Shown: piece by piece, positions 62,401 to 64,000 of the stretch
Position numbering within the stretch: position 1 is the stretch's first letter
How the letters are laid out: the number at the start of each line of letters is the position of its first letter
From: Eledone cirrhosa
Lineage: Eukaryota
DNA length: 64,000 nucleotides
Direction: 5' to 3'
NCBI GenBank assembly: GCA_964016885.1
Contig: OZ024749.1
Span: forward strand, 9,982,001 to 10,046,000
Position numbers and translations under genes: made by a program
The notes under the pieces: generated by a model
Seen by the model: the letters and a program-made list of their open reading frames with translations, nothing else
Told to the model about the DNA's origin: nothing
Database searches by the model: none

Positions 62401-64000
62401 CTCTCCTCCTTGGGGCTTGAGTTAGACTTTAGACTCAGTCCTCACTCTCCTTCTTGGGGCTTGACTCAGACTTTAGACCCAGTCCTCACTCTCCTCCTTG
62501 GGGCTTGAGCTAGACTTTACACCCAGTCCTCACTCTTCTCCTTGGGGCTTGAGTCAGACTTTAGACCCAGTCCTCACCCTCCTCCTTGGGGCTTGAATTA
62601 AACTTTAGACTTTAGACCCAGTCCTCACTCTCCTTCTTGGGGCTTGAGTCAGACTTTAGACCCAGTCCTCACTCTCCTTCTTGGGGCTTGAGTCATACTT
62701 TAGACCCAGTCCTCACTCTCCATCTTGGGGCTTGAGTCAGACTTTAGACCCAGTCCTCACTCTCCTTCTTGGGGCTAGAGTCAGACTTTAGACCCAGTCC
62801 TCACTCTCCTCCTTGGAGCTTGAGTTAGACATTTGACCCAGTCCTCACTCTCCTCCTTGGGGCTTGAGTCAGACTTGAGACCCAGTCCTCACTCTCCTCC
62901 TTGGGGCTTGAGTCAGAATTTAGACCCAGTCCTCACTCTCCTCCTTGGGGATTGAGTCAGACTTTAGACCCAGTCCTCACTCTCCTCTTGGGGCTTGAGT
63001 TAGACTTTAGACTTTAGACCCAGTCCTCACTCTCCTCCTTGGGGCTTGAGTCAGACTTTAGACCCAGTCCTCACTCTCCTCTTGGGGCTTGAGTTAGACT
63101 TTAGACTTTAGACCCAGTCCTCACTCTCCTCCTTGGGGCTTGAGTTAAACTTTAGACCCAGTCCTCACTCTCCTTGGGGCTTGAGTCAGACTTTAGACCC
63201 ATTCCTCACTCTCCTTCTTGGGGCTTGAGTCAGACTTTAAACTTTAGACCCAGTCCTCACTCTCCTTGGGACTTGAGCCAGACTTTAGACCCAGTCCTCG
63301 CTCCTCCTTCGGGCTTTAATCAGATTTTAGACCCAGTCCTCATTCTCCTTCTTGGGGTTTGAGTCAGACTTTAGACTTTAGACCCAGTCCTCACTCTCCT
63401 CCTTGGGGCTTGAGCTAGACTTTAGACCCATTCCTCACTCTCCTCCTTGGGGCTTGAGTCACACTTTAGACCCAGTCCTCACTCTCCTCCTTGGGGCTTG
63501 AGTCAGACTTTAGACCCACTCCTCACTCCTCCTTCGGGCTTTAATCAGATTTTAGACCCAGTCCTCATTCTCCTTCTTGGGGTTTGAGTCAGACTTTAGA
63601 CTTTAGACCCAGTCCTCACTCTCCTCCTTCGGGCTTTAATCAGATTTTAGACTCAGTCCTCACTCTCCTTCTTGGGGTTTGAGTCAGACTTTAGACTTTA
63701 GACCCAGTCCTCACTCTCCTCCTTGGGGCTTGAGCTAGACTTTAGACCCATTCCTCACTCTCCTCCTTGGGGCTTGAGTCACACTTTAGACCCAGTCCTC
63801 ACTCTCCTCCTTGGGGCTTGAGCTAGACTTTAGACCCATTCCTCACTCTCCTCTTTGGGGCTTGAGTCAGACTTTAGAACCAGTCCTCACTCTCCTCCTT
63901 GGGGCTTGAGTCAGCCTTTAGACTTCAGACCCAGTCCTCACTCTCCTCCTTGAGGCTTGAGTCAGGCTTTAGACTTTAGACCGAGTCCCCACTCTCCTCC
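35454..64000 (+). repeat. 44-bp satellite array (41- and 51-bp variants), roughly 640 monomers, continues past window end
   Basis: Consensus TTGGGGCTTGAGTCAGACTTTAGACCCAGTCCTCACTCTCCTCC; no interruption seen. Confidence 0.98.

Noticed and set aside
51108-63362. Repeated 62-77 aa ORFs
   Set aside because: Satellite translations from TTG starts; useful only as markers of higher-order repeats
35454-64000. CRISPR-like array
   Set aside because: Monomers are contiguous with no unique spacers, there are no cas genes, and the context is eukaryotic

Overview
Eukaryotic, repeat-rich genomic DNA. The SINE/RTE/MITE repertoire suggests a coleoid cephalopod (octopus-like), which is an inference. Bases 1-31.7 kb hold the last 12 coding exons of the spliceosomal gene U2SURP/SR140 on the + strand (CID domain, acidic DG repeats, cwf21 domain, RS tail, stop at 31705), all with GT-AG junctions and matching phases. 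Its introns are filled with RTE-clade LINEs (one near full-length), a CR1-like fragment, tRNA-derived SINEs, piggyBac-type MITEs and minisatellites. Downstream lie a non-autonomous Helitron, a Tc1/mariner-type MITE, a tRNA-SINE and a 44-bp satellite that runs 28.5 kb to the window end. Most notable: (1) fold-back elements inserted in (TA)n tracts carry type I hammerhead ribozyme cores with long stem II inserts (Penelope-like), and their own inverted arms mask the ribozyme; (2) an intronic minisatellite was amplified from an exon/5'-splice-site junction with the donor GT inactivated; (3) the 28-kb satellite starts exactly at, and is partly made of, a SINE 3' tail, and shows higher-order repeats; (4) a 1.7-kb YCAY-rich array abuts the terminal 3' splice site.
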